Part shown: one piece after another, positions 37,460-47,000 of the stretch | Numbering within the stretch: the stretch's first letter is position 1 | How the letters are laid out: each line of letters starts with the position of its first letter | Assembly (NCBI GenBank): GCA_045613805.1 | Contig: JAZLBS010000056.1 | Location: 32,438-96,437 of the forward strand | Direction: 5' to 3' | DNA: 64,000 bases | Origin: Acutalibacteraceae bacterium | Lineage (GTDB): Bacteria; Bacillota; Clostridia; Oscillospirales; Acutalibacteraceae | Position numbers and translations under genes: made by a program | Notes under the pieces: model-generated | Database searches by the model: none | Seen by the model: the letters and a program-made list of their open reading frames with translations, nothing else | What the model was told of the DNA's origin: nothing

Positions 37460-37488
37460 ATTATATCATATTCATGCATTATTGTCCA
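37460..37488 (-). promoter_or_regulatory. Sigma-A type promoter of the TerY-P-type operon
   Basis: The minus strand reads TGGACA-17 nt-TATAAT with a TG extension (TGaTATAAT), about 28 nt upstream of the ATG at 37431. Confidence 0.55.
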
Positions 37489-37557
37489 CAAAAACATATA
37501 AATTTTGTTTTATATGTCCGTAGGATTACAATTCTACATATTAAAATAGCAGTTACC

Positions 37558-37586
37558 TTGAAAAAAACAAAAATATATGATACAAT
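37558..37586 (+). promoter_or_regulatory. Sigma-A type promoter of the Lgt-MFS gene (divergent)
   Basis: TTGAAA-17 nt-TACAAT, 24 nt upstream of the ATG at 37611. Confidence 0.55.
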
Positions 37587-37610
37587 TCTGTTTTAAAGGC
37601 AGGTGATTGT

Positions 37611-39821
37611 ATGTTTAATACTTTTGGATTATATACTTCTCTGAATATAGCCGCCCGTATTTTAGTTTATGTTTTTAATATTTTAAATTTTAAAGCTAAA
37701 TCAGAAGTAATCGGTAGAGGTACAATATTTTTCACAAAACCAATAAGTAATAAATCTGAAAAACGTTTTGTAACAATTCTTCTTACATTAGGTGAAATCG
37801 TTATCATTTCATTCGCTCAATATCAGCTCAGCAGTATTAACAGCATCTTCGGCGAACTTGTCGGAACAGAAGCCAATTATTTCGGAAAACTAATTTTTTC
37901 TCCGTTCTTAGTTTCTTTTTTTTGTCTTTTGTTAGGTATAGATGTTTTCAAACAAATGGATATCATCACTCCGGCTTTACCTCTTGCTCTTGCTGTTTCA
38001 AAGTTTGGATGCTTTTGTACAGGATGCTGTCGAGGAATAGAGTGCTCTTTCGGATTGTATAATTATGACACTGAGCAAACAGAATTTCCTGTTCAATTGG
38101 TGGAAATGGCTCTGGCAATATGCATTTTTATTTTTCTTATGCTATGGCGAAAAAAAGCCAAAGAAGGAACTATGTTCCCTATTTATGTTATTCTTTACAG
38201 CTCCACAAGATTTTTCAGCGAATTTCTCAGAGCTGAAGAAAATGTTTTCCTTTTCCTCAAAACCTATCATATCCTGTGTATTTTAGGTACAGCCACAGGT
38301 GTTTTTCTGCTGTTCTTCATAAAAAAGCAAAAAGAAAGAATCCGTCAATTTTACAGCAATTTTTTTGATGCAATCGAAGATATTTTAAACGAGATCGCTG
38401 TAAGACTCGGAATAAAAAGCAGCCGTGAAATTATACACCATAAAAACAAAAAGAAGAAAAAATCATCATCAATACAAAAGGCCGAAAAAGCAACAAAAAT
38501 ATCCGATATGAAAAGATGGATAATAATCTGGACGCTCGGTCTTATCGGACAAATAGGATGGAATATTGAAGGTACCTGGTTCAATACCTTTGTATATGAA
38601 AAAATAGATAAAACACCTTCTATTATTACTCCTATGCTTATTCTCAGTGCCTTAGCTACAACAGTCTCAATTTTTCTGTTCGGAACTTTAACAGACCGAA
38701 CAGGCAAACGAAGAAATCTTATAAGCTCAGGCTTCATCGGTTGGGGTTTGCTTTTTATTTTCTTTGGAGCTACACAGTTCATAGCCCGAAAAAATCTCGC
38801 TGTAGGTATTGCATCAATCCTTGTAATGGATATGCTGATAAGCTTTTTTGGTTCAATGAGTACAGATGTCGGTTACAGCACCTGGCTTACTGATATAATG
38901 AACAATAATAACCGAGGACAAATAGGCGCTGCAATCGCTACACAAACTGTATTAGGCTCTCTGTTAGGTAACATTATCGGCGGATATATAGTCGGCAAGG
39001 AAAACAATTATCTCAGACTGTTTGTTGTGGTCGGCTCTTTGTTTGCTTTTCTCGGAATGATTTCTATCTTTCTTTTTGATAAAAAAGATGACGTTAAACC
39101 ATCTGTCAGAGGTAGTTTCACCAAACAGCTTTCAGGCATTTTTAATTTCAAAACAATATTAAAAAATAAAGAATTTATGTGGGTTAATTTAGCTGTCGCA
39201 ATATTCTTCACAGGTTATAATACCTATTTCCCTCATCTCGGCAATATGTTAACTCAATATATCGGGTACTCCGCCACGCAAATGGGTATAATCAAAGCTG
39301 TTCCCATGATTTTTGCTATGCTTGCTACATTGCCTGTCTCAAAATTCATCAACAAAAACAAATTTGTCGAGGTTTCTCTGATTTCGGTTGTAACCGGATT
39401 AATAGGAATTTTAAGTGTTTTTAAAACAAATCCGGAAAGTATTGACGTAAGCAAAACCTTTAATTTCAGACTGTTTTTTGCTATATTCCTTGTAGGTGTC
39501 AGTTATATCATTATGTTGCAGACAACAAAGACATGGACTAAAAATCTGCATCCGCAGGAAACTAAAGGACAGTTTGAGGGCATATGGGCAATCTCCTTTG
39601 CTCTCATACCCGCAATCATTGGTTCATATGTCGGTGAGTGGATTGTTAAAACCGGCGGAGAAACACTGTTTAACACTGTCACTCAAAGGTACGAGTATAT
39701 CCCCAACGGAAAAGTATTTTTAGTCGGTGCAATAATTTCCACATTCAGCTTTATCCCCATAATTATTGCAAAAAAATACGCCAATAAAAGAATCAGTGTT
39801 ACTCAAACAGAAAAAAATTAA
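37611..39821 (+). CDS. Fusion protein: N-terminal Lgt-family domain (about 250 aa) joined to a C-terminal MFS-type 12-TM transporter domain
   Basis: N-terminal part: ..SKFGCFCTGCCRGIECSFG.. and ..EFPVQLVEMALAI.., the same signature as the stand-alone paralogue at 16395-17135. A Lys-rich linker follows (HHKNKKKKKSSSIQKAEK). Then about 12 hydrophobic helices with MFS-like loops (..GTLTDRTGKRRNLI..). It is a single uninterrupted ORF. Confidence 0.65.
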   Translation: MFNTFGLYTSLNIAARILVYVFNILNFKAKSEVIGRGTIFFTKPISNKSEKRFVTILLTLGEIVIISFAQYQLSSINSIFGELVGTEANYFGKLIFSPFLVSFFCLLLGIDVFKQMDIITPALPLALAVSKFGCFCTGCCRGIECSFGLYNYDTEQTEFPVQLVEMALAICIFIFLMLWRKKAKEGTMFPIYVILYSSTRFFSEFLRAEENVFLFLKTYHILCILGTATGVFLLFFIKKQKERIRQFYSNFFDAIEDILNEIAVRLGIKSSREIIHHKNKKKKKSSSIQKAEKATKISDMKRWIIIWTLGLIGQIGWNIEGTWFNTFVYEKIDKTPSIITPMLILSALATTVSIFLFGTLTDRTGKRRNLISSGFIGWGLLFIFFGATQFIARKNLAVGIASILVMDMLISFFGSMSTDVGYSTWLTDIMNNNNRGQIGAAIATQTVLGSLLGNIIGGYIVGKENNYLRLFVVVGSLFAFLGMISIFLFDKKDDVKPSVRGSFTKQLSGIFNFKTILKNKEFMWVNLAVAIFFTGYNTYFPHLGNMLTQYIGYSATQMGIIKAVPMIFAMLATLPVSKFINKNKFVEVSLISVVTGLIGILSVFKTNPESIDVSKTFNFRLFFAIFLVGVSYIIMLQTTKTWTKNLHPQETKGQFEGIWAISFALIPAIIGSYVGEWIVKTGGETLFNTVTQRYEYIPNGKVFLVGAIISTFSFIPIIIAKKYANKRISVTQTEKN

Positions 39822-39966
39822 AAACACTCAGCCCTTCAGGGCTTTTGACAAAATATAGGTATTTCCTATCTGACTCTGTTTCGGACTGTCGATAAAGGCA
39901 CAAGAACAATAAATGACACTTTAAATATAAATATCGGACAGTCCGGATTAAATCTTTTTTATGTAC

Positions 39967-40001
39967 AAAAACGGTTGAAACATCGAATTTCAACCGTTTT
40001 T
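39967..40001. terminator. Bidirectional rho-independent terminator
   Basis: AAAAACGGTTGAAA (39967-39980) pairs with TTTCAACCGTTTTT (39988-40001), with a 7-nt loop. Confidence 0.6.
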
Positions 40002-40018
40002 CAATTATTTCGTGCTAT

Positions 40019-40058
40019 TTCGCCCTCTCGGAGTACCACTGTACACCTTCGGAGCGAA
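40019..40058. repeat. REP-like structured intergenic motif, copy B
   Basis: TTCGCCCTCTCGGAGTACCACTGTACACCTTCGGAGCGAA. By eye it matches copy A (19654-19686) at most positions over about 33 nt. Inner hairpin GGAGTAC-CACT-GTACACC; outer arms TTCGC/GCGAA. Confidence 0.5.
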
Positions 40059-40093
40059 GAAAAGCCCGTCTTGTATCTTTCTAGAAAGTCTGA

Positions 40094-40166
40094 CAGCTTG
40101 TCGAAAATAATTTTTCGACAAGCTGAAACAGAGTCGGTTGTCTTCAACAACTGACTCTGTTTTTTT
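40094..40166. terminator. Tandem hairpins at the 3' end of the NRPS operon. The second also works as a strong plus-strand terminator.
   Basis: Hairpin 1 is a perfect 14-bp stem: CAGCTTGTCGAAAA (40094-40107) pairs with TTTTCGACAAGCTG (40112-40125). Hairpin 2: ACAGAGTCGGTTG (40128-40140) pairs with CAACTGACTCTGT (40148-40160) with one G-U pair, followed by T7. The T-run overlaps the TAA of the minus-strand NRPS gene. Confidence 0.65.
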
Positions 40167-43100
40167 ATATATCCTTCATTATAATACGTATGAGTTCATC
40201 ACTGTCATCGCTTTGGAAATAATGGCTTTCAGAGTCAATAAAGCTGATATTTTCCACAAACTCCGAATAATTTTTCCACAGTATTTCAGCACTTTCATAT
40301 TTTTGGGTAAACCGATCATTTTTACTTAAGATTATACTTGTCGGTGCTTTTATTCTTTTAGCCAACGCAGAAAATGCAATCCTTGCGAAATCGGTATCTT
40401 TTCTGAAGTCCTTTAATATTTTTTCAATTTTCTTTTCCGAAAGACAGCTGAAGTTTACTCCTGCACCGATCAATATTCTTTTAAGAATTAAATCAGGTAC
40501 ATAATTCCATGTATTTCGTTTTTCTGCCTTTACAGGAGGAATACTTGCTGCAGCAAAATAATGCTCAACTGATATTAAATTGCTTTCAAGATAAGATATA
40601 ATCTGCAAAGCTACAGCCGATCCTACACAATGTGAATAAAACATTATTTTCTTATCTTTTGAAAACTTTGCTATTTCACTTGCTGCATTTTCACATTCCT
40701 CCAGAGAATGTAAATACCTGATGAAATAAACAGCAATATCATTTCTTGTCTTTTTTAGAGAACCAACAAAATTACCAAAGGCCTCTGAACTGCCACCGGC
40801 AAAAGGCAGAATAATAAGCATCCTTTTAGCTTCTTGAGGCACATATAGGGCTTCAAGATATTTGGTCTCTCTTATCGGAGCCTCGCTAAGCACAGAAGCA
40901 AGCATTGCAGGAGTAGGATTTCTCATAAACTCTGCTGCAGAAACATTTTGAAATCTATCTTCGCTCAAAAGAGAAATCATAGAATAGCTTGTTCCGCCCA
41001 AATCAAAGAAATCACTGTTTCTACCAACATTCTTTTCTCCTAAAATTTTCTCAAATACACGGCAAATATATCTTTCCGTGTCATTGACAGGCTCTGAAGT
41101 TTCTTCTTCAGTTATGATAAATTCCATTTCTGCAAGTGATTTTCTGTCAAGCTTGCCGTTGCTGTTAAGAGGTATAGAATCAAGATGAACAGTGAAAGAC
41201 GGTACCATATATTTAGGCAGCTTATTACGACAAATTTCTTTTACAGTTGCCTCGTCAACAACCTTGCCGCTGTAAAAAGCAACAAGAAACTCCCTGCCGT
41301 TCTCCTTTTTCAGAATAACTGCTACAGACTCGACCTCCTCCAGAGATAATATTACAGCTTCTATTTCTCCGATTTCAATACGCTGACCGTTTAATTTAAT
41401 CTGATTATCGATTCTTCCGCAGAACACAATATTACCGTCTTCACGCCAATATGCATTATCTCCGGTTCTGTACAGCTTTCCTTCTCCGAAGGGGTTGTCT
41501 ATGAACTTTTCTGCAGTAAGGTCTGGGTTATTAAGGTAGCCCTGTCCCACATTCATACCTGCAATGCAAAGCTCACCCATTACACCTAAGGGTACCGCCT
41601 TATTATATTTGTCTACTATATACATCTGTGTATTGTAGATGGGCTTACCGATAGGTACAGGATCTGCATCTGTCGGTGCACAGTCATAGTAGGTTACGTC
41701 TACTGCACATTCAGTAGGTCCGTACAGATTGTGAATGCCTACCTTACTGTAATCATACATACGGTAGAATCTCTGTATGAGATTCGCAGTAAGTGCCTCA
41801 CCTGACAGGAAAACATATCTTACACTTTCAAATTTATATATCTCTTCCTTGTGTGTTTCAAGATAGTTTAAAAACAGCTCAAATACAGATGGCACAAAAT
41901 GAATGTGTGTCACCTTGTTTTTATGAACCTCTTCAAGTATCTTTGCCGGAAGAAAATGTTCGCCGGGCTTTGAAACTGCGAGAGAGCCTCCGCACATACC
42001 CCACCAGAAATGCTCCCATACGGATACGTCAAAGGTATAGGGGGTTTTCTGTAAAATCACATCATCTTTTACGAGAGGATACTTGTCGTGCATCCACAGT
42101 ATTCGGTTAACGGCTGATTTATGGCTTACCATTGCACCTTTTGGATTTCCTGTTGAGCCTGAGGTGTAAATCACATAAGCAGTATCCTCCGGCTTTGCAT
42201 TGCATTCAGGTATAACCATATTTTCATCTGATGCTTTTTTCATCAGCTCAGTCACATCAATACAGGGGATGTTTCTGATCTTATCCGCAAACTTGCCCTG
42301 AACAACTGCAGCGGCTGCTGAACTGTTTTCGAGGATATATTCTATTCTTTCCTGAGGATAATCAGGGTCTATGGGCAGATATGCATTACCGCCGCGGATT
42401 ATTCCGTAAATAGCGCAGTACATTTCAGGTGAACGTTCTGCAATAACTGCTATTACAGACTTTTCTTCTTTTGTAGCTGTTCTGATTTTTGCATCAAGCT
42501 TTTCCGATGCTGTCAGAAGCTCACCGAAGGTAAGAGCTCTTTCTGTGGTTCTTATGCAGATACGCTCTTCGTTTTCCTTAGCAGTTTTTTCGAATAGGCT
42601 GTAAAGTGTTGCATTTTCTGGAATGTCATAGCTGTGTTCAGTTTCGTTGAAGCCTTCAAGCAGCTTCATATCCGTTACCGATATATCCTTAACCTTCTTT
42701 TCTCCGTCAGAGTACAATTCGAGAATAGAAATATAACTGTTGACAAACGATAAAATCTCCTCTTCGGTATATGTATCTTTCGAGTAAGATGTTCTGATAA
42801 TATATTCGCTTTTTTCTTTGAAAACAGCAACAGAAAGATTAAACTCTGTTTTTTCATTAAAGAAAACAGTCTTAGGTGATAAAAGACCTTTTTCCATATC
42901 ATCAATAAGATCTTCGCCTATATAATAATTTTCAAAGGCAAACAATGCATCGATCAATCTTCCGTTAATATTACATATTTTATAAATTTCCGAAAGAGAC
43001 AGTATTCCATATCTGTTAGCGTCAATCGTCTGCTTTTGTGTTTCAGCCATTAAATCTGCTAAAGTAGAGGTTTCATTACTCCTAAATCTTATTGGAACAG

Positions 43101-44001
43101 TATTTACAAACAGACCGATTGTATTCTCTATATTTTTAAGAGGAATGCTTCTGCCGGAAATTACCTTATCAAACAAAATGTCATTACTTCCCGAAAACTT
43201 TTGCAGAGCAATACCAAAGGCAGATTCAAATACAGTATTATTTGAAACCTTATTCTTCTTTGCATACTCTTCAATTTTATCAGATGCAGCTTTACCGATA
43301 TAAGTTCTGAACGTTACAATATCTTTATTTATACTGTCGTTCTCTTTATCAAATATATGAGAATAAGAATAATCACTGAGCAAATTTTGCCAATATTCAG
43401 AAGCCTGTGATTTATCCTGTTTCTTCAGCCAATTTACATATTGTGCATAGGAGGTCTGATCTGATACCTCTTTGTTTATTTCTTCCGCCAACTCGTCTGT
43501 ATTTTTTCCCTCTGAAAACCCTTTGTAATACCGCTGTAAATCTTTCATTATTATGGGGAAACACCAACCGTCAAGGATAATATGATGTGAACGAAAAAGC
43601 AAAAAGCATTTATCAGTAAACTCTACTATAATAACCTTGAAAAGATTGTCCTTCTGCAAATCTAAAGGTTCTTTTGCATCCTCTTTAACAATTTCATCCA
43701 GAACAGACTGCGAAAACATCTTATCCTGCGATAAAACTGTAACTTCAGCAGTTCTGTTTTCAAGAATAACCTGCTTTATTACATTTGTGGATTTCAAAAA
43801 AGCGAATGCAGTTTTCAAAACCGGATGGCGAAGAAACAGTAATTCTATACTCTTTTTTATCAAGTTAAGATCAGCATCTTTATCAATTTCGAACAATGAA
43901 TGAAAATGATATATTTTCGCATCACCGCTCTGAAAATGCTGAACATATATACCTTCCTGAGCAGGCGTTAAGCTATAAATATCTTTAATGTTATTGTTCA
44001 T
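40165..44001 (-). CDS. NRPS, module 3: C-A(Ser)-T-TE
   Basis: C domain (HHIILDGWC). A domain (YTSGSTGNPKG, FDVSVWE, NLYGPTE, GELCIAG, YRTGD, NGQRIEIGEIE). Hand-extracted specificity code DVWHFSLVDK, equal to the EntF-type Ser code. T domain (FFDLGGTSYSM). TE (LPFAGGSS .. FYSHCVGSAVA .. SKNDRF .. SESHYF). The ATG at 44001 (MNNNIKDIY..) overlaps the upstream stop by 11 nt. The track start at 44019 is a TTG. Confidence 0.9.
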   Translation of the reverse strand: MNNNIKDIYSLTPAQEGIYVQHFQSGDAKIYHFHSLFEIDKDADLNLIKKSIELLFLRHPVLKTAFAFLKSTNVIKQVILENRTAEVTVLSQDKMFSQSVLDEIVKEDAKEPLDLQKDNLFKVIIVEFTDKCFLLFRSHHIILDGWCFPIIMKDLQRYYKGFSEGKNTDELAEEINKEVSDQTSYAQYVNWLKKQDKSQASEYWQNLLSDYSYSHIFDKENDSINKDIVTFRTYIGKAASDKIEEYAKKNKVSNNTVFESAFGIALQKFSGSNDILFDKVISGRSIPLKNIENTIGLFVNTVPIRFRSNETSTLADLMAETQKQTIDANRYGILSLSEIYKICNINGRLIDALFAFENYYIGEDLIDDMEKGLLSPKTVFFNEKTEFNLSVAVFKEKSEYIIRTSYSKDTYTEEEILSFVNSYISILELYSDGEKKVKDISVTDMKLLEGFNETEHSYDIPENATLYSLFEKTAKENEERICIRTTERALTFGELLTASEKLDAKIRTATKEEKSVIAVIAERSPEMYCAIYGIIRGGNAYLPIDPDYPQERIEYILENSSAAAAVVQGKFADKIRNIPCIDVTELMKKASDENMVIPECNAKPEDTAYVIYTSGSTGNPKGAMVSHKSAVNRILWMHDKYPLVKDDVILQKTPYTFDVSVWEHFWWGMCGGSLAVSKPGEHFLPAKILEEVHKNKVTHIHFVPSVFELFLNYLETHKEEIYKFESVRYVFLSGEALTANLIQRFYRMYDYSKVGIHNLYGPTECAVDVTYYDCAPTDADPVPIGKPIYNTQMYIVDKYNKAVPLGVMGELCIAGMNVGQGYLNNPDLTAEKFIDNPFGEGKLYRTGDNAYWREDGNIVFCGRIDNQIKLNGQRIEIGEIEAVILSLEEVESVAVILKKENGREFLVAFYSGKVVDEATVKEICRNKLPKYMVPSFTVHLDSIPLNSNGKLDRKSLAEMEFIITEEETSEPVNDTERYICRVFEKILGEKNVGRNSDFFDLGGTSYSMISLLSEDRFQNVSAAEFMRNPTPAMLASVLSEAPIRETKYLEALYVPQEAKRMLIILPFAGGSSEAFGNFVGSLKKTRNDIAVYFIRYLHSLEECENAASEIAKFSKDKKIMFYSHCVGSAVALQIISYLESNLISVEHYFAAASIPPVKAEKRNTWNYVPDLILKRILIGAGVNFSCLSEKKIEKILKDFRKDTDFARIAFSALAKRIKAPTSIILSKNDRFTQKYESAEILWKNYSEFVENISFIDSESHYFQSDDSDELIRIIMKDI

Positions 44002-47000
44002 AATCACCTGTCCAATCAAATAAATCTTTTAATTCATCCAGTTCAGATTCCGTAAGCTCGTCATCAGAAAAATCCGAACGTGTTTTTATAATTATGTCAT
44101 TTTCAGTACATGCTGCAACAAGCTTTTCAATATACTCTCTGAATACCATTCCAAGCCGTTCACCAAACTTTGCTTCGTATTTCCATCTAGGAACAGATAT
44201 ACTTACCGACAGAATACCCTCTGTGACAGAGCAATCAACATTGATTCTATTACGAAAAACCGAACCATTAGAATTAAATCCGACAAGCCTGCTTTTCTCG
44301 TCTTTGTCAGCTTGATAAAAATTAAATTTTATCTCAGCATTTTTGTGAAACTCCTGTGACAGAAGAAGATAATCCACTCCGCCTCTCGGTATTCGTCTGA
44401 GTGTTTCTTTAATGTTAATGAGCTCATCGGTGATGTTTGAATTGTTATCAATTACAACGGGATAACAAACCGTAAACCAACCGACAGTACGGTCAATAGC
44501 AATCGGCTTATTAAGTTCTGCTCTGCCGTGGCCTTCAATAATTATACCGACTGAGCCCTCTGCCATTTCAGCAGCAGCAAGACCCAAAGCAGTCAGAAGC
44601 ACTTCATTGGGTTTTGTTCCGTATTTGTAATTAGTATCATTTAGCAACTTACCTGTAAGGCTTTTATCTAAAACAAAGCTGATTTTTTCTGCTTTTTCAG
44701 AATCAGTTTTTTCTTCAGAAAACACTTTTACATTATCAAGCTTTTCATCAACGCTTTTCCAATATAATTTACTCTCTTCGCTTATTGATTCGGCATATTT
44801 CTGCAATTCTTCATTCCACAGCTTAAATGATGCGGTTTTAGCCGGCAAAGAAATCGGCTCTTTATTCTTCAGCTGTTCAACGACAGTCATAAAGTCCCTT
44901 ATCAGAATTTCCCATGACACCAGATCGACCAAGAAATGGTGTATGCTGATACTGATAAAATTTCCCTCGTCAGTATTACAAAACGTAATGTGAACCGGCT
45001 TTTCATGGAGTGTTTTTTCTTCAAAATATTTCCTTAAGCTATCTGCATCAGCAGCTGTAATGCGTTCCGTTGAATATACATCTCTATCTTTTGAGGAATG
45101 AACAATGATACCCTTTTCACAAACAGTACCTCTTAAAATATCGTGATGTGAAACAAGAACATCCAAAGCTTTTACTGCTGTTTCTTCATCACAGTCAACA
45201 GAAACAGTGCACGTGTGCACAAAATCATCTGACACTGTATCGTTCTCTTTAAGGTAAGTGCGCATAATCGGACTGAACGGAATGTATCCGTTAACCTCAT
45301 CTTGAACATATATCACCTTTTCAGATATTGATTTCATAGCCTCTGCCATTTCTGAAAAGGTTTCCTTCTGCATCACATCAGAAATATGAAGCTCATATCC
45401 CTGCTCTTCAAGCTCGGAAACTATATAAATAGCCTTAATCGAGTCGCCGCCTGAATTAAAGAAATTATCCTGCATACTGATGCTGTTCAGCTTCATAACA
45501 GAGCAAACTGCATCAGAGAGAGCTTTTTCTTTAACAGTTTTCGGTACGATATATTCTGTTTCTGTACTGATACTTTCGAGTTCAATTTCAGGCAATGCGT
45601 TCCTGTCAATCTTGCCGCTTACCGTCAGCGGCATTTCTTTAAGATGAACAAATATATGAGGTATCATATATTTCGGAAGTCTCTCACCAAGTATCTGCCT
45701 GAACTGATTTGCTTCTGTTTTTTCTCCTGTATAAAAGGCACAGATAAGTGCTCTGTCCTGTGCATCACTTCTGACAACAGCGGCAGACATATTTATTCCG
45801 TCAATTCCCGAAATTGCACTTTCAATTTCTCCCAGTTCTATTCTTAAACCTCTTATCTTTACCTGAAAGTCCTTTCTGCCAGCAAAGACTATGCTTCCGT
45901 CTTCACGCCAATATGCATTGTCACCGGTTTTATAAAGCTTTCCGTTACCGAAGGGGTTGTCAATGAACTTTTCTGCTGTAAGCTCAGGATTGTTGAGATA
46001 ACCTGCACCAACACCGTCACCCGCAATGCAAAGCTCACCCGTCACGCCGACAGCTACAGGCTTAAGATAATTATCAGTAATGTATATCTTTGCATTATTT
46101 ACAGGACTACCGATGGAGAAATAAGTTCCGTCCGTGTTATCTTCGGGGCTAACGATAAAGTCTGTGCAGCTTACAGTTGCCTCTGTAGGCCCGTATTCGT
46201 TATGGATTTCTATGTGTTTGCCAAACTTATTCAAAAATTGGGCACAAGTGTCTTTATAAAAGCTTTCACCGCCAACAATCACACATCGGATATTAGGACA
46301 GCTTTTAGCAGGAACAAGCTTATTGACAATTCCGATATGTGTAGGGGTAAATTTGATAATGTTAAGCTTTTCGTTATCGAAAATACTGACAAGATCATTT
46401 TTTAATTCACCGTTATACATATACACCGTACCGCCGGTAATCAAAGGGAAATAGATAGACGGAACAGTTAAATCCACACTTTGAGACGTAAAGAACGGCA
46501 TATTTATATTCTCCGTTCCGTAAAGATTTTTAAGAACGGACATATACCACACTAAGTTCCGATGATATAAAAGAGCTCCTTTAGGACTGCCTGTAGAGCC
46601 CGAGGTATATATACAATAACAGAAATCATCAGGTACAACCGCACTGTCAGGGTTTTCTGCAACATAGTTTTCAAGCAAGCCATAAAAATTTTCTTCTGAA
46701 ATACACAGCTTTGCATTACTGTCAACAAGGATGGTTCTGTTTCTCTCTTCAGGATGGTCAGGATCCAGGGGAAGATATGCCGCACCGGTTTTGAGTACAC
46801 CGAACAAAGCTACCATAAAGCAGCTCTTTCTCGGCAGCATAAGTCCTACGATATCACCCTTGCCTATACCTTTTTCTATGAGTGCATGTGCTATTCTGTT
46901 GGCTTCTTCGTTGAGCTGCCTGTATGTGAGAGTTTTGTCGCTTGCAACTACTGCAGCCTTGTCAGGTGTTCTTTCTGCCTGTTCTTCAAAAAGCTCGTGG

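Noticed and set aside
37611-39821. Splitting the Lgt-MFS ORF into two genes
   Set aside because: There is no in-frame stop and no internal SD/ATG pair at the linker in this sequence. A homopolymer error in the poly-A/Lys linker cannot be excluded, and this is flagged in the finding.
39799-39993. 64-aa minus-strand ORF in the MFS/NRPS intergenic region
   Set aside because: It spans terminator hairpins and the 3' end of the MFS gene, and has no SD.
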